This document shows positions 41,701 to 53,700 of a stretch of DNA of 64,000 nt, piece after piece (the first letter of the stretch is position 1; every line of letters starts with the position of its first letter). Origin of the DNA: Gnetum montanum (Eukaryota > Plantae > Gnetophyta); NCBI GenBank assembly GCA_015680685.1, contig MNCI01000550.1:9794-73793 (forward strand). Direction: 5' to 3'. Both the position numbers and the translations under genes were made by a program. The notes under the pieces are model-generated. The model saw only the letters and a program-made list of their open reading frames with translations. It made no database searches and was not told where the DNA came from.

Positions 41701-44700
41701 TAAATTAATAATCTCCTATTTGTTCAATCACATAATAATATTTTATAATTTTCAGCCACACACAAAAACAAGATCTGAATTTAACTTTTGTAACCATTTT
41801 ACCACTAATCATTAAACCAGGAAATTCATATGTTCAATAGCAGAGAATAGATAGATCACAATCATAAATTAACATCTTAGGTTTTCCCCCACTCCATCAA
41901 CTTATAGAAAGATATTAAAATCAGACTTAAGAAGGTATAGGAAAAAAATAAGTATAATTCAAGATTCAGATCTAAGATTTATGCATTCAAAAGGGGAAGG
42001 GTTCATCAACCAAATTCCAACCAAAATCCAAGAATTCAACAATTTTAAAACATTCACAATTATCGATGGGCCCAAGGATGCTCTCACTTTCTGCCGGCAG
42101 TACCAATCCTCACATCAGGGATCCATAGCCCCTGTTGGCAATCCTTTGCCGAAAATGCCCGAAATTGTTATGGGTGTTTTTGAATCGTTATAGAAACAAT
42201 TCTCATCCAAGTCATTTAGGTATGAGAGTGCAGAGGACAGGTGGAGAGATCCAAAGAAAAGGTAATAAAGGATTTAAAAAAAAAGTCAAAGCTTACAACA
42301 ACAATCTTGATATTTGCAGACAAGCATTGTGGAGGTGGTTAGACAAGCAAGAAGAGAAAAGTTTTAGAAAATCAGCCCTTGCTAGCCATTATCAAACATA
42401 ACAAAGATGGATCATTTTACCTCCTTGCTTAGATGTCTTATCAAACATAACAAAGATGGATCATTTTACCTCCTTGCTTAGATGTCTTGCTTACTAGGAG
42501 GAATTATCCGAATATTGGATTGCTATGCTGCACTTTTTTTCTTTCTCTTTGCTATCTCTTGTAGTAGCGACACTCTTGTTGATGTATCCTTTTTTTTTTT
42601 GTTTGTGTTTTGCAAAGCTACTTTTGCCTTGTGTGTGTCCTCTTTTCTCTTCTCCTCCTCTTCCTATTTGTAGGTGGAATAATGGATAATGAATGGTTTC
42701 TTGTAACTGACTTTTTGGGGACTGTTCATAACTGTTCATATTCTTTTCTTTCTTTTTAAAGTTCTCTCTCTCTCTCTCTCTCTCTCTCTAGCAATGGGTC
42801 ATGAGTTCAATTCTCTTCATGATCACTATAATAAAATCAATAAAATATGTATATTCATAGGTTGTAGGCTCAATTCGTAAATCAATGATTTTTGATATTT
42901 CAGAATTTAGATTTTGCTAGATCTCAGGTTCAATATCTCTTGATAATTACAAAACATTCTGGCATAATATCTATCTCTTTAGCATTCGGAATTGTCATAA
43001 GATGCAAGGAAAGAGTTTTCAAATAGATTCATGATAAGGGCAGTTCAAGATACATAATCAAATAAGGCACCTTCTTTTTCAGGTCATCAACGATGCGAAT
43101 TTTTCCATCTTCTTACGAGCCCTGAAAGGTCATCATGTGACCTTTCTACAGCAATGGAGAGGGTACCTATACTCTACTATTTTAAATTAAAAAGAGCAAT
43201 GCATCACATTTAGATAAAATAAAATAAAAATGTTAAAATATAAAGCTACAGTATTTGCACACAATATCCCTGATTCATGGGTCAGGTTCCTCCAACTTGA
43301 TTCATAGGTCAAGTTCCTCGATATGTGCATTCTTTTGCATCTCAACATACCTTCTTTAGCTCCTGAGGCACACCTTAGAGTATTGTCCTCTGTTTTTCTT
43401 TTGTTTCTCAGCATCTTTGTTGAAATAGAACAGAAAATATTTTGTTTTTCCATATATTATTTATTATTATTATTTTAAAACATTCCCAGCATGTATTTTA
43501 AATCATATTTCTTATGCATAAAGTATTTAAACATTTAATCATACTACATATAAAAATATGGTCAACAAGTTTATTACTATTCCAATTAGCCTTTTCCACC
43601 AAAGCACACACACAACTTGTCAACAAAACATGCACACAAACACACAAAAAGACTACTACAATCATTAACACAAAAACCCAAGGAGATGTGGTTCGTTACA
43701 CACACTTTCTTGAAATTCACTACATTTAGTTGAGGATTCCCACCTCTTGTAAGTCCACATTTCCCTAGGCAATATCTATTTACCTATCGCATCTCAAATT
43801 CTGCGAAGCACAATGCATCTATTGGGCTTGGGCAAAGCCGATTACTGTTCCCATTTGTACCCCTTAGTGGGGAATTTGAACCTGGGACCTTGCTCTGATA
43901 TGACATTAGGAAACGTTGATGTTAAATGATAGCAGTAGTTTATACTTTATTTTTAGTAACATATAAGAAGATAATATTTTAGCATAATTATTTGAATTGT
44001 AAACATTCCAGTATAGAACTGATAGACATTGTTTATTTTGAGTACATTTTTTGTAATATGACAAATCTTAAATACTTTTTGACTGCAAATAAAAGTGAAG
44101 AATCGCAAAAAATTTAAAAATTAAAGCTGATAGTTGACATAACAGAGTTGGGAAAATGCATTTGATGCCGTTAAATCATTTCTTTATGCATTACCTTGTA
44201 ATTCTTCATATTTGGAATAAACTTTGGGCAGCCTTTGCTTTGCATAATATATATCCAAAATGTTTACAAGATTTGCATCCACTTGGACATGGAGTGGTTG
44301 AACACAACACACGAATAAAATTTGGAGTGGATTGCTTGGCCATGGGCAGATAAGCAGACTGATGAGGACATCAAATAGACCAATGTGTCATCTATTTAAT
44401 GATGGGGGGTTTTCCTAGAGTTTTAGCATATTTGGGGATGTTTTGACCCTATTTTGATGAGTCTAGGGGGTTCCAGGTCAATGGAGACTTGTTTGCAGGT
44501 ATCTGGAGATTCCAGACCTCAAAACAAACATCTTTGTTTTTGGCCCTGGCAGGTGACACGTCTCAGCTGCACCCAAGACGTCTCCTTTGTCAACTGCCAA
44601 CTTTTGGTTGGGACATCTCACTTTCCTCCACTATGTCTTAGGCCAACATGAGACATTTTTGTACAAATTTTTAAGGATTCAAATTATGAATTTGAGAGGC

Positions 44701-47700
44701 AGGGAAGATGAAGAGACAGGGAAAAGTATAAATAGACCTCTTGAGTCTTCATTGTGGCTAAGAGAGTCTAGGGAGAGTAAGAGAGTCTAGGGAGTGAACA
44801 GTGAGTTGAGAGAAGAGAGTAGTGAGAGAGTCTTGGCCAATTGTCTTGGTGATCATCCTTGTGTGAGTATGATTATTTTGATTGAGTGTTGTATGGGGAT
44901 TGGATTAAATATCTTGTCTGTCCTTGGGAGTGTATGCTTCCTTACTTTTGTAAATTCTCTTTTTGAGCAAGAATAAAGCTTTCATCTTTCATTGCTTGTT
45001 CAAATTTGCTTGCTTTTGGAATTGAGAGAGCTTGGATTATGGAATCCAAGGAAGCTCATCATCACGGACTGAAATAACATCAGCAGACTATGTTGTGAAC
45101 ATACTATTTATATAGCAGATATTCATTTTAACTTCGTAATAGAATTTATTCAATACAAAAGTTTGTAAGAGAATGAGTTTTCAAATGATACACTGAAGTG
45201 ATAATGGAGTGAAATAGTTGCATTTCTTGTTCATTTGCAAAGACATAGTATTTATGCTTATTAGTTTTTTATTTCTCCGAAGAAGTAAATTGAATGCTAT
45301 ATTGAGAAGAGAATTTGTTTGCTTTTGTGCTTGACATTTGCACAATTTATAAGGTGCTATTGTTGCTCAAGCACCGTTTGTTAACGTATTACAGGCCTTA
45401 ATGTATCCATTACTAGTTGCTTGCAAGTCTATCAGTAATCTTCGAAGAGAAGCTGCGCAGGAGGTGGTGGACAAAGTTAGACAACACAGTGGTGTTCTTG
45501 TGGATCAGGTATATGCCTTTCTTTGTCTTACTCTAGGTGCAGTTATATTATTTTTATTGAAATGCTGGAAGATTTAATAAGGACTTTTTTTTTTCTGATT
45601 AGCACTATTCGTTTCTTATTAACAAAACTTCTTTCATTTTTCCAATAATGTTTTTTATCCATGTATTGAAATTTTTAAGCTAATGGCTGGTTACTTTTGA
45701 TACAGGCACAACTGGTGTCAAAGGAGCTAATTAGAGTAGCAATATTATGGCATGAAATGTGGCATGAAGCATTAGAAGAATCTAGCCGATTATACTTTGG
45801 GGAGCACAATGTAGAAGGGATGTTGAATGTACTTGATCCATTGCATGAAATGTTGGAGGAGGGGCCAACTACATTGCAAGAAGTGGCTTTTACGCAGGTT
45901 GAGTAACTAAAGTCTGTATTTATGATGAAACAAAGAATTCTTCTCCAAAAAATATAATTGCCACATAACTGATAGGTTTTAAACTGGTACATGGTTCTGC
46001 AATTTACATTCTTTATGATATCTGCAGCAAGGTCCTATCAGTGCATCTTGATTCAAAACAATAAACAATAAAGACAACTGTTATGCTTATTTTTCTTGAT
46101 TGTAGCAAATAACTTGGGATAAAATTTTCTTTTTACCTGTTTGAGCATCACAGTAGACGATTGAAAAATGGTATCCTCAAGAAAATAAGATGTTTTTATA
46201 TTATTAATACTGTATGTGTATACACAAATTAATAGCATTCAATTTGAAATTAGTAATTGGTTCAGGTGATTTCAAATGATGTTGGATTATATTTTTGAGG
46301 AATCCTCGATCTGGAATCTCTGGTATGATAAAAACAATCTGCAATCTGATCTGCATTACAGAATTATGATTGTATCTGGTTCTGCCTTTAGCCTTCACCT
46401 TGCGGCAGCTAGAACTCTATATTTGTTGCGTTGTCAGTCCCCTTTTCACTCTTCTACTTCTTTGTTCTACCCACGTCATTGCTTACGTCTCATCACTAAT
46501 TCTTATGTATTTGTAAAAACATTTTCTTTTGTGCCATCTGCTGTCATTTTTCTTTATTTTGGCTTTTTCTTTTGTCTTATATCTGCTAATGCTGTTGGAG
46601 CTCAATAGAAACTAATTGAACTGTCAATTATTAGGTTGCATGTTTGAGCTTCTCTGGCCACCATTATTCTCTCTAACCAATAGTTTCTGAAGTATTCTCT
46701 CATGGTTTGGGTTCGTTTGTTTTCTCACCCAGCATATCAATTTGAATTATTTTTAAATTGTAGCATTGGAAGGAGGATACCAAGAATGATAAGAATTGGC
46801 TGTGGCAAGAAACTGCTTAATAGAACTGTTTGATGTCAAGATTAGCTCTGCCAAATCTTCCACCGTTTGTATAGGATTAGGAACCTTTCGTAACTGCTTA
46901 GCCTCAAGGTACACTAGTGCACTGCAACAATTATGGAAACACCAAGTTGCTGAATACCATATAGTTGATCAAGTTCCCAGCTTATCTCTGCAGTGAACGT
47001 TATTCTAGTACTTGTGCTAGTTGGGTTTGTAATGCACACTTATTGGTTTGGGTGAGATCTGCAATGGATTTGATACAGCCTTTATCACAATCATAATTCT
47101 TCTGTTTAATTGGTTTCTTCTTTGCTTTTTTCTCCTTATATTCTTATCGTATTTAAATGCTTTTGTCAGTCGACAGCATTTTTGGAGTGCACTAACGGAA
47201 TAAAACGGTAAGGTTTCTGTAGTAGAGGAGCAGCATCAGAGGATAGCCAACGTCATTGTTTACCGGCTTTGTCATCCATGGAATCCGTTTGTTTGCATTG
47301 TTTTATATTTCCCTGCGATAATTAAGATATCAAAGAGGACATTAAGGAATGTGACCAAGTGTTTTGGATTGTTAAGGACAGTACAATTAATTTCTTCTGG
47401 TATATATTTTAGTGGATCAATGCCGTTGCAACTCTTTGAAGAGCCTGATACACCAAGCAGATTGACTAGTAAAGCTTGCAAACCTTGTGATGCTAAATAA
47501 TATTGCAGATATCTCAGTTGAAAAGTATAATTCAATTCAAATAAAAGTTTTCCCAGGATACAAGAGTTATAATTGGATCTTAATTCAAAAATAAAAAGAT
47601 TTGTCAAGCATATTGTAAATAATGATTTTACGTTGGCTCATAATTTCTGGGATTTTTGATAGGATGGAGTTCTTGATATCACATCTTACAAGAAATGCTT

Positions 47701-50700
47701 GGCAGAACTAAATGTTTTCTTGGTTTTCAGACTTTCCAGTATTGATATTATGGAAATTATAGTCAGATATTTGAATATGGTTTGTCGAGACGTGGTGCCT
47801 TGTTATTTGCGCCGCGCCCCACCGCGCCCCCGTGATTGTTTTTGGCTTTAGTGTCTGGTTTGTTCGGTTCCCGCAACCGATTATGGCTCGAAGTCCCCCC
47901 AGCTGGGCCAATATCGTTGACCTGCATTTGTAATATTTCTTGTATTTAACTTTTCAGTAATACAATCCCGAACATTCACTCAAAAAAAAAAAAAGTATTT
48001 CAGTAGAAATTACGGTTGTTAAGACGGTGAAAAGCTTCAGTAGGATACTAAATATTTTGAAATGTTCAGGCCTATGGTCGAGAACTACAGGAAGCGCATG
48101 AATGTTGTCAAAAGTACCGAAGAACCGGAAAGGAGGCTGAGATTACCCAGGTATTCATATTATTTGTGGAATTCTCATTTTTATTTTATCTAGAACACCA
48201 GAAGAATGATGGCTTTATTGTTATCTTGCAGGCATGGGATTTATATTATCATGTCTTTAGGCGTATCAACAAGCAGCTACCTAGTTTAACAACTCTGGAA
48301 TTGCAGGCAATGAATGCGAACTGATCTCAGTGTTTGGATGCATAATTGCATTTTAGTTTCTTGTTACTAATTTGTTTGTCATTTCTTGTTCTGTTTCCTC
48401 ATTTAATTCAGAGTGTTTCTCCAAAGTTGCTTGCTGCACGTAATATGGAGCTTGCAGTGCCAGGAACATATCGGGCAGGTGCTTATTGTGCAATTTAATC
48501 AGATAATATTACTTCGTATGGCTTCTTAACAGTTTTTGTTCAATATAAGGAGCAAAGTTTGGTCAGAGAAAGTTTCTGAATAGGAGCATCGTATTTCCTG
48601 TAACATCGATATCCATCAGATAGCTAATTTTCGTCTTGCCTTTTTGGTCCCATGATTTTAACAGGATCACCGGTAGTGACAATAGCAGGCTTTGCACCTC
48701 AACTTGTCGTTATACCATCAAAACAACGTCCTCGAAAATTAACTATTCATGGAAGTGATGGAGAGGATTTTGCTTTCCTGCTGAAGGGTCATGAGGATCT
48801 TCGTCAAGATGAACGTGTCATGCAGGTATGTGTAATGCTAGTGTTAGATCTTTTGTACCTATTATCATTGCTGTAATCAAAGTTGTTTTGACTTGTCAAC
48901 TATGTGTTTTGATGCAAACTTTTAAATTTAGTTAGCAGATGGTATATGCCCTGACTTTTTGGTGTATTATTAAGCCTTGCAATTGATTTGCTGAAAGCTT
49001 AATAAAGTGGGCTAGTGTGTTTGCAATTGATGTTGGATTGCTTCCATTAATTTCTTTATCTTTAATTTGTGTTTTGGGTAAAGCTATTTGGTCTAGTTAA
49101 TACACTGCTAGCGAATGCAAGACAAACTGCAGAAAAAGACCTTTCCATTCAACGTTATTCTGTGATACCGTTGTCTCCAAATAGCGGACTGATTGGCTGG
49201 GTTCCTAATTGTGATACCCTTCATCAGCTGATTCGTGAGTATAGGGAAGCAAGGAAGGTAATTTATCATATCTGTATGGCCTGTATTATCACATATGCTT
49301 TAAGCACATTTGGTACAATATTCAGATGTTTTCCTTTGTTTTTCACTTGTTACTTTCTTGGCTTTTGTGTTCAGATTTTTGTTAATTGGGAACATCGGTT
49401 AATGCTAGCGTTTGCTCCTGATTATGAACATTTACCCCTTATAGCTAAAGTTGAAGTTTTTGAACATGCTCTGCAAAATACAGAAGGAAATGATCTAGCA
49501 AAGGTACACTTCTGTAATTATAAGTGTTATACGAGTTCAAGATGCATGTATTTGAATTCTAGATGGTAATGTTGCCCAACATACAGCAAATGTCACCTAC
49601 ATATTTAAATCATTGATGGAATGTTAAACACCTATTTTTATCTCTAGGGATTGTCTGTTTGGGCTACTTATTTCTGCAGATGCCATACTGTCCTAAAATA
49701 TTGCAGGTAGTTTTGTGCTGCATCGTGTTATGCACTTGAATGCTTGATTTACGTCTTGGGGTCATCGGCCATAGTTCTTGCTTTTCTGTGAATCGTTGTG
49801 CCCATTAGCAAATCTTGAACACTTATGTTCACTATTTAACGAGTCAAGTCAATGGATGTGCCTTTATGACAAGTATTTTTGTGGAGGGGCGATCACAGAA
49901 TGCCATCTTGAAAGTGCTTGATTTTGAACAATGAGTTATGACTCGATTATGCAAAATATTGTAGAAATTTGTAGATGAAGTTGCTAACAGACTTAAATGT
50001 GATTGGACAACCGGAGGCAAGCTACTGCTTTTTTATGCAATTGTAGAATTCTAATAAGACATCACCATCATCAACATCCTGTCCTTATCCAACTACATGT
50101 GGTCAGCAGTATGAGTTATTTTCCACCATTCACCTCTGTTCAGAGCAAAATTAACATTAGTTCCCAAATCTTGGATGTCTTTCTTTATTCTTGCATACCT
50201 GGCACTTCTAACTTTGGTCTTCTCTGCACATGACCGAAACCAAAACTATCTGAGATGAGTTTGCTTTATCTTATCTAGTGATCACCAACATCTACCTTAG
50301 CATTCTTGTCTATGCCACATCCATACAGTTCTGATGCTTTTCGATAGGCCAACGTTGTATACCATATAGAATTGCAGGTGTCATAACACTTTTGTAGAAG
50401 TTTACTTTCAGTCTAATGGGGATTCTGTCACAGAGCACACCACTTCTTGCTGTTTCATCCATTTGCTTCAAATCTGGTTGTCACATCATTGTTAATCTCA
50501 CTGCCCTTTTGTAAAACTGATTTCCAGGTATTTGAATTGCTTAATTTATGTTACTTCTTGGTTGTAGATTTTAATCTTCATAGCTTCAATACTTCAGTCG
50601 ATTAAAATTGCAGTTCATGTATTATTTTGCGTATACTAATCCTTAAGCGCTTTTGATTCAAGGGGTTTTCTCAAAGTTTCCATTTTCATAGCAAGGACTT

Positions 50701-53700
50701 CGATAGATTTATCATTGAATACAATCTGTTAAGAGTTGCATCACTGAATATTTTCTTTAGTGAGCTCATCCATAACAATAGCAGAGGGCTTATAGGAGAT
50801 CCTTGGTGTAGGCTCGACAATTTGAATGATAGTTATGGCTCCATCACACATATTTTGAATAGCATTGAGATATCCAATTGGGATACCCTTGGTTCTTTAA
50901 AGACCATTGAATAATCTCTTTGGGGACTCTATAATAGGCCTTCTCAAAATTAGTGAAAATCATATGCAAATTGTTTCTTTCACATCTAAATTTCTCCATT
51001 AATTGGCTTAACAAGAAAATAACTTTCATAGGTGATCTGTAATGCATAAATCAAACTGATTTTCAAACACCATTGATTCTTGTTGCCTATGTTATTCTAT
51101 TACTCTTTTTAATAGCTTCATAATGTGTCTCAAACTTAATTCTTCTATAGTTGGCATAGTTTTGAATGTCTTTCTTCTTCTTGTAGATAGGCACTATTGC
51201 ACGTAACCTCTAATTATCTGGCATTTTTTTCTTCATTCATGATCTTGTTTGTAAATTTGTCAACCAAGTAATCCCATCATCTTCCATAGAAATTCAGACT
51301 TTTATTGGTACCTCTAATCATCTGGCATTTTTCCTTCATTCAGGATCTTGTTTGTAAATGTGGCAACCAAGTAATCCCATCATCTTCCATTGATATTCAG
51401 ACCTTTATGGGAACACAATCTGGCATAGTCACTTTATCATTTTTCATCTTCATTATAGCTTTGTTTTGTTCACAGGTGTAAGTATAGTTTGTCATTCCCG
51501 CATTTGGATTTTGAAAATAAATTTTATCTTTTGGAAGTTCCTCTTGTAGCCACTGAAAATAGATCATCTCTCTAAAATTGCCTTGTCTATAACCAAAATT
51601 CTTTCGTTGTCTGACTTGATAAATCAATACTATCAATATCTTTGCTTTTTGTATATCAATGTCTTTGCTCATTGTATTTTGAGACTTTGCCAGCTTGTAA
51701 ATAGATTTCACACCAACCTTTGTTCTTAGCTTCTTATAAAAGGTATCGAGAACATTATGTTTAGCCTTGTTCACTGTCATATACACAACATTCTTTGCTA
51801 TCTTATGTCTTTTAAATTTCATCTCCTACTATGTTGCTAGTCCTTGAAACGCTTCTTATTTTGAATTTTTTCTGGTACTCTCATTCCACTACTAGGGTTT
51901 CTTCTGTATGTACTTATGTTATTTCAATTCTCCAAGAATGTCTTTTCCTATCCTCTTACTACAACTTTTCATTTGAATCCATAGATTATTCGCAGTGGTA
52001 TATAAATACAAGGTCTTTCTGTTAGCAGGGTATCCTATATTTGTGACACTTTATCTTCTTTAGATTCCACTATTTTATACGAAGCACTCCTTTTATAGGG
52101 ATTCAGTTGAAATTTTTAATAGCCAAATCTGTTATTATTAAATTATGTTGAGTTGCAATGCTTTCTTCGTGTATGACTTTGCAATCCTTTGATATTCTCC
52201 AATCCGTTTTCCTTACCATGATGTAGTCTATTTGTGTTGTGTTTATTCAACTTTTGAAAGCTACCACATGTTCATCTTTTTTCTTCAAATAGGTATTTGT
52301 GATTGCAAGATCAGACGCCTTTGCAAACTCAAGGATGGTCTTTCCCATTTATTTTCATTCCAAAGCCATGTCTATGAATCCTCTCATTCTTCCACATATC
52401 TGTTGACATCTCCTCTAAGGAGTATACTTTCTTGCTCTGGAATTTGTTGCATTAAACCATCCAACGAATCCCAAAAACTCCCCTTAATATTATCACCTAA
52501 ACTAACCTGAGGTGCATATAACACTTCAAATGTTAAACTTCTTTTTCCAAGATAAGCTTATTGCTTATTATCCTATCACATTTTCGAGTAGCTTCAACAA
52601 CTTTGTCTTCATCCGTTGATCAACAAATGTCTTTTTCTCTCTTCCTTCCATTTTGTTTCCTATCAATGTGTTGATATTCAAGTAGCCATATAAATTTTCT
52701 GATTTTTTTCCTGGGTATTATGTTGAACTTGCTTCTTTACCCACACTTTTCCATGGTAATGTAGAAACCCTTACCCATTTGGCATAACAGTTCGGTGCCA
52801 TTATCTCATACTGCTTCTAGGGATGTCCTAGCAACTGCTTGCTCATTTTTCACAGCCTTTGTGTGGTTGTTTGTCAATTATTAAACATCCTACTGCTAGG
52901 GATGCAAAGAAAAGAACTCAAATCATATGATGGGTGTTTTAGAGGGAAATGCCAATTTGACGCCAATCCTCTTGCTTTCTCACCTGGGCTTAGCATTTGC
53001 CATGGAATTAAAATGCTAATTAGACGTTGAAAAATGAAATTGCTCAAAAGTACTAGTGTAACCTGGAATGTAATATGTTGTGCGGGGATATCTGAAATGT
53101 ATGTGTCGAGACGGATGAGAGGGGGACTAGATGGTTTGACTATGTTCAGGATATACCAAAGATGCTGCTATCTCGAGGATTTGCATAATCCGATCTAACA
53201 GAATCAAAATATCCAAGTAAAAGTAAATAGTGGAAGTGGTAGACGAGAAAGATACGAAATGAAATAGTTAGAAATAGGACTTACAGGAGCAATTACAAGC
53301 CAGAATAACATGTATCTCTCTTTGCAGCGTACCTATACATGAAACTAATGTTACCATATCGAAGCAGATTTCACCACTTAAAGCAGTGTGACATTTGCCA
53401 ATAAATCAGAATCTGGTCAAGGCCTGCAGCCAATGAATGTGCGCTAGAATTATACCATGTTACAAATGGAACATACAAACATACAAAAAAAGGTAACGCA
53501 GGCAATTATTATAGGTATATCTATATGTGGACTTTAATTCCTGATGTTACACCTGGTAGAAAAGGCGAACTAGCTGTTTCATGTTTAAACTGTGATGAGA
53601 GTAATGAAGTCATATTAGGCACACAAGTATTTTCTATTAAACTTGTTATATCAAGTGATGACTATGACAATGATGATCAAAGCTGGCATACACAATTTTC

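Noticed and set aside
41010-43900. PBS(Met)-like strings (tggtatcaaagc; gctctgata) and LTR/TRIM-like pieces
   Set aside because: Fragmentary; no paired LTRs or TSDs could be defined
45922-45972. ATGATGA...CTGA box C/D-like pair
   Set aside because: Only ~50 nt, AT-rich, no recognisable rRNA guide; likely chance
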